A stretch of DNA of 64,000 bases, taken from positions 3,210 to 67,209 of the forward strand of contig JACDEL010000005.1 of the NCBI GenBank assembly GCA_013816405.1, in the 5' to 3' direction. Source of the stretch: Chloroflexota bacterium (lineage in GTDB: Bacteria; Chloroflexota; Limnocylindria; QHBO01). Positions within the stretch are counted from its first letter, which is position 1, and each line of letters starts with the position of its first letter. The position numbers were made by a program, and so were the translations under genes. Of this stretch, positions 8,728 to 17,851 are shown piece after piece. Under the pieces are notes generated by a model. That model was not told the DNA's origin. It made no database searches and saw nothing but the letters and a program-made list of their open reading frames with translations.

Positions 8728-10362
8728 CTAAGCAACCATGCACAGGCCAGCGTAAGGAGCAAAGAACGGCTTGGGATGTGGAGGTAGGACGAGCGTCACC
8801 CGCTGCCGCGCCCGGCTCATCGAAACGTAATGAACCCGCCTAAGTCGTCTCATGCCGTCAGGATCCCACTGATCCGAATCATCGGAAAGATGGACCAGCA
8901 GCACTTCGTCCATCTCCCGACCCTTCACTTGGTAGACGTTCATCAATGAAATGGGCGCTTTCGGCCATGTGATCTCGTCGACCCATGCCACGCTGCGCCG
9001 TGCCTGCGCAAGTCGCGTCACCGCGGCGGCGATGCTGCGGTCTACAGGGCGCCCGCGCAGGCCAAGCGTCTGGCCTCTGAAATCCCGAGTTCCAAGCTCC
9101 CACAGCTGACGAGGGCGGCCCCGGAACAGCCTCCGCCAAAACGATTCAGCCCGACCAAGGAACGCTTCCAACGGTTCGCCGGCGAGCGCGCGGAACGCAT
9201 CTCGTTCGGCCTCGAGAAGTGTGATCAACCCCGGCTCAAGGAGCTCTCTGTCCCGCACGAGACCGAAGGCCAGCTCGGGGGGAGTTCCTCGGTAGCACGA
9301 GGTGACAAAGACTCCCAGGGCAATCAAGAACTCGTCCCAGTCCCCGTCGCCAACCACGAATCGTGCACACGCTGCAATTGCGAGCTGCGCCTCACCTGCT
9401 GCTCCGGACAGGCCGATGATCTCGTGCTCCATCTCCTCCGCGCGAAGACGTTCGGCGAAGTCGTTTACGCTCCTGTTGGTTGCGAGGAAAACTCCCAGCT
9501 GTGATGCGCCTCCGCGTTGCGCTTCGCGAATGAGGTCGACAAGGGCGTCGAACCCGTCTTCGGAGGCACTGTACTGAACGATGCGAAGTCGGTCGTTGCG
9601 GCACGCGTCCGCTATGGCGTCGCTGCCGTAGTCGCGCTCGCGGATCGCAGCTGCAGCGCGGGGAATTACGTTCGACGGGTCCCGGCGAGAGTCGTAGCCC
9701 AGGTCGTACACCGTCGCACCAGACGCTCGGTAGTCGGCGATGCGCCGTGCGATGGTTGGATCCGTCCAATCGAAGATCACCTGGTCGGCATCGGCCAGGC
9801 AGATCAGCTGAGTCTCCCCGGCCAGCTCCTCCAGCAGCGCGGCGGCTGGTGCCGTGGTGTCCTGAAACTCGTCGCAGATCACTGCCGCGTATCGCTCTCG
9901 ATAGCTATTGGCCAGCCAGGGTGCATTGCGCAGGAGCTCCAGCGCTGCAGGCACGATGGCATCGAAGGTCAGCGCTCCAGGAGCAGCCAAGCCGAGCTTC
10001 TCTTCTTCTCGAGTCAGGATTGCCAGCGGTTCCAGCGAACCACCGGCGAACCGCCGAAAGCCGTTAAGCAAAGTCATCGCGAAAGCGTGGAACGTGGAAA
10101 TCTCTATCCGCGTTCCGAGTTCGCCGGCGAGTGCGTCCGGTGCTCTTTTCGCTAGCTCGGTCGTCGCGGAACGCGAAAACGTTAGGAAGAGGACTCGCTT
10201 GGGCGGCGCCGGCGCTTGACCTTCGAGGATCCGGCGCGCCATGAGCAATGCCAAAGCAGTCTTGCCCGTTCCAGGTCCTCCCAATATCAGAACGCGCGGC
10301 TCATCTGCTTCGTATGCAGGGCGCTGCGACGGAGTCAGATCGCCAGGCGTTACCGTGCTCAT
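8728..10362 (-). CDS. gajB: Gabija GajB, UvrD/PcrA-like SF1 helicase
   Basis: Walker A is GGPGTGKTALAL, the DExx box is CDEFQDT, and the C-terminal motifs are VYQVKGREMDEVLLV and VSMSRARQRVTLV. ATG 10362 (MSTVTPGD) overlaps the gajA stop (ATGA at 10359-10362). Confidence 0.8.
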   Translation of the reverse strand: MSTVTPGDLTPSQRPAYEADEPRVLILGGPGTGKTALALLMARRILEGQAPAPPKRVLFLTFSRSATTELAKRAPDALAGELGTRIEISTFHAFAMTLLNGFRRFAGGSLEPLAILTREEEKLGLAAPGALTFDAIVPAALELLRNAPWLANSYRERYAAVICDEFQDTTAPAAALLEELAGETQLICLADADQVIFDWTDPTIARRIADYRASGATVYDLGYDSRRDPSNVIPRAAAAIRERDYGSDAIADACRNDRLRIVQYSASEDGFDALVDLIREAQRGGASQLGVFLATNRSVNDFAERLRAEEMEHEIIGLSGAAGEAQLAIAACARFVVGDGDWDEFLIALGVFVTSCYRGTPPELAFGLVRDRELLEPGLITLLEAERDAFRALAGEPLEAFLGRAESFWRRLFRGRPRQLWELGTRDFRGQTLGLRGRPVDRSIAAAVTRLAQARRSVAWVDEITWPKAPISLMNVYQVKGREMDEVLLVHLSDDSDQWDPDGMRRLRRVHYVSMSRARQRVTLVLPPHPKPFFAPYAGLCMVA

Positions 10363-12110
10363 AGTTCGACAAGGCCCGCCGAGCGAGCCACGACGATTTC
10401 CCGTACGCGGCCCAGCGCACTGACCGCCTTCGTTGGCAGATGCGCGTCGCCAAGCTCCCAAATGAAACTGGGATGCAGCGAGCCAGGTCGGTCATGAAGG
10501 GTCCTTGCAAGTGCGCGCCTCAGCCCAGTGCTCGGCAGCGCGTCCCAGTTGGTTGGGAGGGCGAGATCGCCGAAGGCGAGCTGTAGCTCACTGAAGACTC
10601 GGATCAGTTCAGTGTCCGCGACGCCATCGAGCAGGGCATCCTCTAGTGCCATGCGCGAGGGGAGGCGGACGACCACGTCAGCCCCTGCAAGGCAGTCCTG
10701 AACAACCGCGTCCGTCGCGGCCGGCGCTCCGGTGTCGTTATCGAGCAGGATGACCGTGAAGATCCCCAGCTCCCTCCCGGCGCGCGCCACTTTGACGGCC
10801 TCTCCGTCGCCCTGGGCCTCGACGAATGTGATCCCAGCCGCATCGAACGATCTGATGCGGCCCAGCGCAACCGCGCGCTCTGCGAGTGCGGAGTAAGCCA
10901 TTCGATCGTGGTGCCCCTCAACGATGACGACGGCGCTTGAGTTGTATGCCTCGACGAGGGTCGACGTCAGGTACCTGGCGGAGATGCGCTCTCTGCGGCT
11001 TGCGGGACGCCGGCCGCGGGCCGCGCGACGAACACCACCCTCTCGGTAGAGTCGGACGATCTCTTCGGTGGCGAAGGCAGAGGCAACGCCAGGCGCATGC
11101 GTTGCCACGACTAACTGGCCAGCGGTCCGGCGTAGCTCCCCACAGAGGTGCCTTGCCAAGAACGGATCGAACTCCCCGCCGAAGTCGTCTATTGCGACGA
11201 TTGCACCGCCCCCAGCGGCTGCCACCGCAAGGAGCGTCGCTGTGCGGAGGGCGGCCAGCAATGTGGCCCCCTGCCGCGCAGCGGGCAAGTGCTCAGGGGA
11301 GTCAAGCAACGTAATGGCCGCCGCGAGGGAGCGCAAAAGCCCGGATGGAGCGCCGCCGTCAGGGAGAAAGCGAACCAGTTCCATCGCGTCTGTGGCGTCG
11401 TCGAAGCGCCGCACAGCTCGCAGCGGCTCGAGAATCGCCTGAAGCGCTCCCGCAACGCGCGCCTGGGAGGAAAAGTCAGCCGCAGCAGCCTCTACAGCGG
11501 TCATGAAGCGGTCGACCGCTTCTCCGAAAGGCTCGCCGGTCTGGACGTCGATGAGGCGTCTCAGTTCTCCGCGTCCGGCAAGGTCCAGCGGTCGCGTGCT
11601 GAGCCCTCGTTGCCAAAAGAAGGAGATCAGAGATCGCTCGCTCGCACTCGCGCGAGGGAAACTGGAGCGAGCCGGATCAGCGAATTTCGGGTAGTACACC
11701 TTCTCGCTTGGTTGGCCATCCTCGATGGCCAATCGGTATCCAAAGCGCACGATCGACTCGTGTCTGTCCGCATCAGGTGCGGTTCCGGCCGGCAGGGCAG
11801 TAACAAGGCGCTCGTCGCGGCGGTCCCAAAACTCCAGGTGGTTGAAGAGCGCGCTCCGCACCTCATCCGCCAGATCGCCGACGGTCACTTCTACTACAGC
11901 CGGCAGACTGGGGTCGAATCCGTGGAGGTCGAGTTCGTTCCCCGGCCGACCACGGAGCGAATCTGGGTCTAGCGTGCGGATCAAGGCCTCGATGAGGTCC
12001 GACCTACCGGCGCCGGGCTCACCGACGAGCGCCGCATGAGCCCTTAGCGGCGTCTCAAACACCGCGAACCCGCGGAAGTTCTCGATCTTGATGTGGCGGA
12101 TAGCTGCCAT
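10359..12110 (-). CDS. gajA: Gabija GajA, OLD-family ABC-ATPase + Toprim nuclease
   Basis: MAAIRHIKIENFRGF, Walker A GEPGAGRSDLIEAL, Walker B AIVAIDDFGGEFD, and Toprim VIVEGHHDRMAY ... ILLDNDTG. At 583 aa and directly followed by the UvrD-like gene, this is the Gabija architecture. Confidence 0.85.
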   Translation of the reverse strand: MAAIRHIKIENFRGFAVFETPLRAHAALVGEPGAGRSDLIEALIRTLDPDSLRGRPGNELDLHGFDPSLPAVVEVTVGDLADEVRSALFNHLEFWDRRDERLVTALPAGTAPDADRHESIVRFGYRLAIEDGQPSEKVYYPKFADPARSSFPRASASERSLISFFWQRGLSTRPLDLAGRGELRRLIDVQTGEPFGEAVDRFMTAVEAAAADFSSQARVAGALQAILEPLRAVRRFDDATDAMELVRFLPDGGAPSGLLRSLAAAITLLDSPEHLPAARQGATLLAALRTATLLAVAAAGGGAIVAIDDFGGEFDPFLARHLCGELRRTAGQLVVATHAPGVASAFATEEIVRLYREGGVRRAARGRRPASRRERISARYLTSTLVEAYNSSAVVIVEGHHDRMAYSALAERAVALGRIRSFDAAGITFVEAQGDGEAVKVARAGRELGIFTVILLDNDTGAPAATDAVVQDCLAGADVVVRLPSRMALEDALLDGVADTELIRVFSELQLAFGDLALPTNWDALPSTGLRRALARTLHDRPGSLHPSFIWELGDAHLPTKAVSALGRVREIVVARSAGLVEL

Positions 12111-12324
12111 TGCTGCCTCGGACCGGGGTTGCGCTCGAAGGGGAGCCTAGCGGCCGATCAGACTCAGGTGCAATATCTCTAATCCCTCGTTGAGCGCGGA
12201 CGACCTCCAGCGGCTGGCAACCGCGGGTTGGGAGCCAAGGTCGCGGGCGCGCTGCACGGAATGCTTGTGCAACGCTTATGGACATGCTAACGTTATCGCA
12301 TATGCAAGCATCAAGGGCACGCAC

Positions 12325-13602
12325 GTGAGTCCACAACTGCAACTCCTGCCGCCAGTGCAGCCCGAGCTAGGGCTGTATTTTCGGCCAGGCAGGAATGACC
12401 ACGTCGTTCTTCAACAGCTGCTAGTGGAGGGACGAGCCCCCACGGGCCTCGTGTTCGAAGCGCGCCTCGGAATGCGTCACGAGGATCTTTGGCAGGCCGC
12501 GGTAGATGCCGGCGTGGACGCCGTCTTGGATACGAACTCCCAAGAGTTGTGGGCGCCGGCCGAAGTCCACCTGAGCGGGGTGAACGACATTCCATGGTCT
12601 TTCGCGGGGGCCGCTGGCGAGCCTCAACTCCGAGGCGATGTGGGCGACGTTCTGGTCGGAAGCATCGCCACCTACATCAAGGACCACGGCTTCACGGCCG
12701 TCCTCGTTCCGACGCACTACCTTCGGGGCCCAGAGGATTCGTATCTGGCGGTTGACATCTCCCTCGCGAAGCGCCTGCGACAACAGCTCGACTTGCGTGG
12801 TCTGGCTGACGCCCGGCTCTATTACCCGCTGGCCATGCCGGCCGCCGCACTCCGGGATTCGCACGCGCGAGAAGTCCTTGTAGACGCCCTCAAGGGTTTG
12901 GATCTGGACGCAATATGGCTGCGCCTTCATCCCTTTGGGACTAACTCATCTGGCCCAGTCGCCCTGCGCCGGTATGCGCTAATCGCTCACCACCTGCACC
13001 CACTGAATCTACCGCTTGTCGCGGAACGGACTGGGACGGTAGGCGTGGCGCTTCTCGCTATCAATGCAGTTAGCGGAATCGAATGTGGGGTGACCCTGGG
13101 CGAGCGATTCGATGCAGCTCGGTTGACTCGTCCGGGTGGGCGTGGAGAACCGTATTCGCACCCGCCACTGGTCTACCTCGAGGCAATCGGCCAGTTCGCT
13201 ACGAGAGCTGAAGCTAGAGAGTTGCTGTCGAGGCGACGTATCAGGCCGGCCCTTGGATGCCCTGACCCCGGATGCTGCCGCGGCGGGCCAGACGATATGG
13301 TTCGCAATCCTCGACGGCATGGGGTGGTGCAGCGCATCCGAGAGGTGCGGGACGTCGCCGCGACGCCGCCACACCGACGGGCACGTGAGTACCTCGACTC
13401 GGTGCTCCGGAGAAGGACAGATGTCGCGATCCGCCTAGGTCCAGCGCATCCACTAATAGAGAAGGCTCGACACCGGCTCGATTCCTGGCACGGAACCCTC
13501 ACGGCACTTCTTGACGAACGGGGTGCCTGGCCAGCGCCGCAGGCGGCGACTGGGCAGCGCGTTGGACGCCGCGTGCCCATGCGCCAGCCCCGATCACTAT
13601 GA
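12325..13602 (+). CDS. Hypothetical protein (~425 aa), unknown fold; C-terminal Cys cluster
   Basis: ORF 12190..13602. I prefer GTG 12325 (VSPQLQLLPPVQ...) because 12270-12320 is AT-richer and contains the palindrome GCATATGC, which looks like promoter DNA. The alternating hydrophobic and charged pattern suggests an alpha/beta fold. There is a GCPDPGCCRGGPDDMVRNPRRH cluster. Its stop overlaps the next start (ATGA at 13599-13602). Confidence 0.6.
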   Translation: MSPQLQLLPPVQPELGLYFRPGRNDHVVLQQLLVEGRAPTGLVFEARLGMRHEDLWQAAVDAGVDAVLDTNSQELWAPAEVHLSGVNDIPWSFAGAAGEPQLRGDVGDVLVGSIATYIKDHGFTAVLVPTHYLRGPEDSYLAVDISLAKRLRQQLDLRGLADARLYYPLAMPAAALRDSHAREVLVDALKGLDLDAIWLRLHPFGTNSSGPVALRRYALIAHHLHPLNLPLVAERTGTVGVALLAINAVSGIECGVTLGERFDAARLTRPGGRGEPYSHPPLVYLEAIGQFATRAEARELLSRRRIRPALGCPDPGCCRGGPDDMVRNPRRHGVVQRIREVRDVAATPPHRRAREYLDSVLRRRTDVAIRLGPAHPLIEKARHRLDSWHGTLTALLDERGAWPAPQAATGQRVGRRVPMRQPRSL

Positions 13603-13964
13603 GCTCAGCGCCTAATGGTGGAGGACGGATGCCTACTGCACTTGCTGCACGACTTGATTCAATCCAGGGGAAAGGTGGGATCAACGCACGTGAGGTAGCC
13701 GATCTGCTGGGAGCCAGCCCTGCGGCAGTCTCGAGGTGGCGTCGCGGCAGAATGCCGGAGCAAGATCGTCTGCGGCTCTTGCTCGACCTCGATTGGCTGG
13801 TTCGCCAACTTGCCGACTTCTACGAGCCGGACGAGGCGCGGCTCTGGCTATTCGCTCGTCATCCGCTCCTCCAAGGTGATCGACCATTTGACCGGATCAA
13901 GCAAGGCCAGATGGAGGATGTACTGACGCTCATCGATCAGCTTGGATCCGGAGCGGTCGTCTAG
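13599..13964 (+). CDS. Xre-family antitoxin with DUF2384 domain (MbcA/ParS-like)
   Basis: The HTH is INAREVADLLGASPAAVSRWRRGR. The C-terminal WLFARHPLLQGDRPFDRIKQGQMEDVLTLIDQLGSG is typical of DUF2384. It is followed by a RES-domain gene. Confidence 0.8.
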   Translation: MSSAPNGGGRMPTALAARLDSIQGKGGINAREVADLLGASPAAVSRWRRGRMPEQDRLRLLLDLDWLVRQLADFYEPDEARLWLFARHPLLQGDRPFDRIKQGQMEDVLTLIDQLGSGAVV

Positions 13965-13975
13965 CGTAGTGCGCG

Positions 13976-14515
13976 ATGGAGTTCCGACCCGATCCCATAA
14001 TCGCGGAGGCCCTTTGGAAGCTACCGACTACCTCCGTCCCGGACACGGTATGGAAACACACCTTCGTCCGCCAATCCCCGACAACCCCCAACGTGCGGGG
14101 CGCTAGGTGGAACCCGCGCGGCGTTCCTGCGATCTATTTGGCTACGGACCGGAAGACTGCTCTCGCTGAGGGCCGCTATCTCGCCGGACAGCAGCCTCAG
14201 GCGATCAAGAAGGATCGGCAGATTCACGCGCTGAGGATCGATGGCCTGAAGAACGTGCTCGATCTTCGCGACCGCCGGACCCTGCGAGCTCTCGGAGTGT
14301 CAGAGACCGAGCTGGAATCTCCGGACCATGGCGCATGCCAACTCATCGGCGGTACCGCCGAATGGGCCGGTTACGACGCCATGCTCGTTCCATCCGCCCG
14401 AGCTGAAGGCGCCAATCTCGTGGTCTTTGAGCGTAAGACTGGAGAGACATTCGAAATGAGCGTCATTGGATCGGAGGCCATTGAGCCAGACGAGGGCCGG
14501 ACGGCGCCTGAATAG
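13976..14515 (+). CDS. RES-domain toxin (MbcT/ParT-like NAD-targeting enzyme)
   Basis: The R-E-S triad is present in context: GARWNPRGVPAIYLATDRKTALAEG ... YDAMLVPSARAEGANLVVF. Confidence 0.85.
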   Translation: MEFRPDPIIAEALWKLPTTSVPDTVWKHTFVRQSPTTPNVRGARWNPRGVPAIYLATDRKTALAEGRYLAGQQPQAIKKDRQIHALRIDGLKNVLDLRDRRTLRALGVSETELESPDHGACQLIGGTAEWAGYDAMLVPSARAEGANLVVFERKTGETFEMSVIGSEAIEPDEGRTAPE

Positions 14516-14934
14516 GTGGGTCCCCGCGGGCCCGAGCGCGACCTGACTGTGAGTTAGGACGTCAGGCGGTTCACCCGACGCCGGCAACCAGGTGTTCCGC
14601 CATGGACTCGACTGTTGGAAGCGACCTGAGTCGAAGTCAGATGGTCGCGTCGTTCGGAAGCCCGTCTCGAACGAAGATCTGCTTTTCTCGAGTGTCCCGT
14701 CGGCGCCCTACCTGCCGCGGCGGCGGCTCTCGCCACGCGAAGTTGCTAGGGGCAACCCCCCTTGTCCTAAAACCACTCGCATGAGTGATCTGCCGCGGCA
14801 GGGGCGCGGCACGGGAGGTATGGGCGGGACTGATCGCCTGTCAAGGCGACGGCATGACCTCGGTGCACTGCCTAGCTCCTCCCCGACCGAGCGATAGGGC
14901 GACCTCGTACACTCGGGCCGAGAGGGAGTCGCCC

Positions 14935-15726
14935 ATGCCACCGGCCGGTCGCGCATTCGATTTGGGGCAGCGCAAGCGCGGGGAGATCATCGAGGTCACG
15001 CTGCGCGGCAGCGCCGCCAACGTCCTGCTGGTCGACTCAACCAACAAGCGCAACTTCGAAGCCGGCCGCCGAACGAGTTACACCGGCGGCTTAGTCAAGC
15101 GCTCCCCACACCGTATGGCGATCCCACGGTCTGGCCATTGGTACGTGCTGGTGACCATGGACGGGCTCCGCGGGAGGACGGACGCTGCGGTACGCGTCCT
15201 GCCTGGACCGCTGCCACCCGCCCGGCCCTCCTACGCCGGCTCAGCGCTGGGTCCGATCCGCCAGGCGGCCGATGAGTACGTCGAGGTGGCCGAAGAGGCG
15301 GCGCCTGACAGCAAGCCCTACGACGTCTTCATCTGTCACGCCCACGACGACAAGGACGAGGTGGTGCGGCCTCTAGCCCACGCGTTGCGCGATGAGAATT
15401 TGGCGGTCTGGTATGACGAATTCGAACTGAGCATCGGGGCCAACCTACGCCGCAAGATCGATGAGGGACTCGTCCGCTCCCGCTTCGGGGTAGTCGTCCT
15501 GTCGCCGGCGTTCTTCGGCAAGGGCTGGAAGCAGTACGAACTGGACGGGCTCGTCACCAAGGAGGTCGCCGGCGGCGCGCAGATGATCCTGCCGGTCTGG
15601 CACAACGTCGGTCAGGCAGACGTAATGGGCTACAGCCCCACCTTGGCGGGCAAGCTGGCACGCAGCACCGCCGAGTACAGCATCGAGCAGATCGCCTCCG
15701 AAATCGCTGAAGTGGCCCGCGCATAA
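14935..15726 (+). CDS. DUF1883-TIR two-domain protein
   Basis: ORF 14785..15726. ATG 14935 has GAGAGGGAG at 14921-14929. The N-terminus FDLGQRKRGEIIEVTLRGSAANVLLVDSTNKRNFEAGRRTSYTGGLVKRSPHRMAIPRSGHWYVLVTMDG is DUF1883-like. The C-terminus YDVFICHAHDDKDEVVRPLAHALRDENLAVWYDEFELSIGANLRRKIDEGL...VVVLSPAFFGKGWKQYELDGL is a TIR domain with the catalytic Glu context. Confidence 0.85.
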   Translation: MPPAGRAFDLGQRKRGEIIEVTLRGSAANVLLVDSTNKRNFEAGRRTSYTGGLVKRSPHRMAIPRSGHWYVLVTMDGLRGRTDAAVRVLPGPLPPARPSYAGSALGPIRQAADEYVEVAEEAAPDSKPYDVFICHAHDDKDEVVRPLAHALRDENLAVWYDEFELSIGANLRRKIDEGLVRSRFGVVVLSPAFFGKGWKQYELDGLVTKEVAGGAQMILPVWHNVGQADVMGYSPTLAGKLARSTAEYSIEQIASEIAEVARA

Positions 15727-15816
15727 CCATTGTCGAAGTGGCGTTCATCGGCGAGATGGCCGTCGCACGTCCTCGATCAGAGCTAAGCGAAGTCACGAGG
15801 GACACGCCGCCTGGCT

Positions 15817-16647
15817 CTATTTCCCCGTAGCTGAGTCGGCCACCAAAGCTCGCCACGGGGCGATCCGCGCCGCGCATTCGGGTTCGTCGAACGCCTCAGG
15901 GATCGCGACTGCTTCGATCGCTTGGGTAGCGAACCGAAGGGCGGTCCGCCAGTGCGGGTCATCGAGGATGAAAGATGGATAACACAACGCCTCGACGGTC
16001 CCGCCGGACTCTGGATTGATGGCTTCACCGCGGCTCGTCACCGCCGCGGCGACGGCACTCATGGCAAGCATGGCTCTGGATCGCAGGTCTCCATCAACCG
16101 GCGGCCCCGGCCGTCGCTCGAGGTTCGGTGGCAGAGCACGGACACGTGCGGCGTCGAGCGTGGCAGCCTGATCGAGGACGGCTTCGACTGCTTGGCCATG
16201 CGGACCCCACATTCGCCAGCGGGGCAGCTTGGCCACCACCGTGTAGGCATCGCATACGGGCCATGCCGGCTTGCCGCCGCGGATCGCCCAGCGCGTCCCC
16301 TCAAGTGCTGTGACTTGCCAGATCGACTCTCCAGGTCGAACCATCACCCGCTCCGGACTTGGATGGAAGCTGAGCCCCTCGCGCTCCCAGCTCGGCACGA
16401 TCCCCCACCGACCCGAATAGACGTTGCGCCGCTGGGACTCGTCTTCGACCCGCATCCCAATTGCCAGCTGGCGGGGCGGTGGCATCATCGCGCGGATGTC
16501 GAGCGCTTCATTCGGGCCGTCAAACAGGCCAGGCGCCTCAAGGCCCATCATCGCGTACGCCGATGACTGCACCCGGTCCGAAACGAAGTAGGCGCCGGCG
16601 GAGTCAGGCAACGGCGGCACGTTACGTCGCGGCAGCATTCGGATCAT
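15817..16647 (-). CDS. Hypothetical protein (276 aa)
   Basis: It is the longest ORF in this interval and is not low-complexity. It lies 78 bp downstream of the DUF4062 gene on the same strand. I recognise no motif. Confidence 0.5.
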   Translation of the reverse strand: MIRMLPRRNVPPLPDSAGAYFVSDRVQSSAYAMMGLEAPGLFDGPNEALDIRAMMPPPRQLAIGMRVEDESQRRNVYSGRWGIVPSWEREGLSFHPSPERVMVRPGESIWQVTALEGTRWAIRGGKPAWPVCDAYTVVAKLPRWRMWGPHGQAVEAVLDQAATLDAARVRALPPNLERRPGPPVDGDLRSRAMLAMSAVAAAVTSRGEAINPESGGTVEALCYPSFILDDPHWRTALRFATQAIEAVAIPEAFDEPECAARIAPWRALVADSATGK

Positions 16648-16724
16648 CAGAGCATCACGCTACGGCTGGCAGCGCTCCTCTGGCATGACCCAATGGTCCC
16701 CAACGGATGGGCTCGTGCCCGCGA

Positions 16725-17822
16725 TCACCCAGTTTTGCTAGGCGTGCGCAGGCGTAGCCGCAGCCGCGCGACGATCTCTTCGGCAATTCCAGCTGCCGCT
16801 CGAGCGAGGGATGAGGTTGCAATTGCGGAGTCGGGCTCCAAGTGCAGCGGTCCCGAGGCTCGGCCCATGAATGGGTATGTCCACGAGGTCGGGCTAGTGC
16901 GCTCCGCCAGCGACTCGATCCTGCTCAACGCGATCCCGACTGCGACTGTATCGCTCGCGATGAGATCCAAGCTGGCAACGAGGCGGAGGTCATCGGCGAT
17001 CATCGAGCGGAAGACGCCTTCGTCGTAGTCAGTAGCGCCGTGTTCGCTGGGGAGCTGCCGCCAGACGGTGACCGTACGGTCGACAGTGACGCGCAGGCCA
17101 CGCTCGTCGTGAGCAGCTTGTCGGCCGAGCGCGACGGCGACCGCCCCCTCGTCGATGCTCCGTTCGAGCGGCTCGGACTCGCTGATCAACCCGTGCTCTC
17201 GAGCACTACGCGCAAGCCGGCCCGCCAGCGGTTCTAGGTCGATGGCTCGCAGCCGGGACGTCGGGCCGATCGGAACCACGTGCGTGTCGAGAACGACGCC
17301 GGTCGTACTGAGAAACGAGCTTCCCGCCTCGCGCCAAGGAACGATGACCGGGTCTGCTAGGGCCTGGGGGATCAACGGCTGCAGTAACGACCGGGCAGCC
17401 TCCAGTGCCGGCTTCAACTTCCCAAGCAGCTCCGGCACAGAGTCGAAAGAGTCTCGGAAGACGCCATACGCATACGCCTCGACTTCGGCGATGAAGTCTT
17501 GCTGACGCGGCTCCGGAGTACCGCCGCGTCGACGGAAGACGACGATCGGCTTGCCGAGAGTCCGGGCTACCTGCCATTCCTCGGCGGTCGGAGCAAGACC
17601 GGTGTCCGGCAAAGGCTCGCCATAGTGCTCGCCGAGGAGTAGCAGGTAGATGTCGGAGCTGCGTACCAGGTCCACGCACACCGCTCGTGAGGGCACAGAT
17701 TGGGCGGGCTCATCCTCAAAGCGGACCGGCTCATGACCGAGTGCGGCGATCAGGGGCGCGGCCGCATCACGAGCATCATCCAGTCCTTGCCGAACCGAGC
17801 TAATCATCACGCGCAGCGTCAC
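16725..17822 (-). CDS. DUF4062-domain protein (TIR/nucleoside-deoxyribosyltransferase-like N-terminus) with an unknown C-terminal domain
   Basis: MTLRVMISSVRQGLDDARDAAAPLIAALGHEPVRFEDEPAQSVPSRAVCVDLVRSSDIYLLLLGEHYGEP...TAEEWQVARTLGKPIVVF follows the DUF4062 pattern (VFISS..DL..eR......lGh.pv..E..........c...v...D.yi.i.G.rYG). Confidence 0.7.
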   Translation of the reverse strand: MTLRVMISSVRQGLDDARDAAAPLIAALGHEPVRFEDEPAQSVPSRAVCVDLVRSSDIYLLLLGEHYGEPLPDTGLAPTAEEWQVARTLGKPIVVFRRRGGTPEPRQQDFIAEVEAYAYGVFRDSFDSVPELLGKLKPALEAARSLLQPLIPQALADPVIVPWREAGSSFLSTTGVVLDTHVVPIGPTSRLRAIDLEPLAGRLARSAREHGLISESEPLERSIDEGAVAVALGRQAAHDERGLRVTVDRTVTVWRQLPSEHGATDYDEGVFRSMIADDLRLVASLDLIASDTVAVGIALSRIESLAERTSPTSWTYPFMGRASGPLHLEPDSAIATSSLARAAAGIAEEIVARLRLRLRTPSKTG

Positions 17823-17851
17823 CCGGTCATCGTGCCACCTTCGCCCGTAGC

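Noticed and set aside
12190-12324. TTG 12190 as the start of the unknown gene next to Gabija
   Set aside because: The first 45 codons cross an AT-richer, palindrome-containing stretch that looks like promoter DNA. GTG 12325, with a purine-rich stretch upstream, is more plausible, but this remains uncertain.
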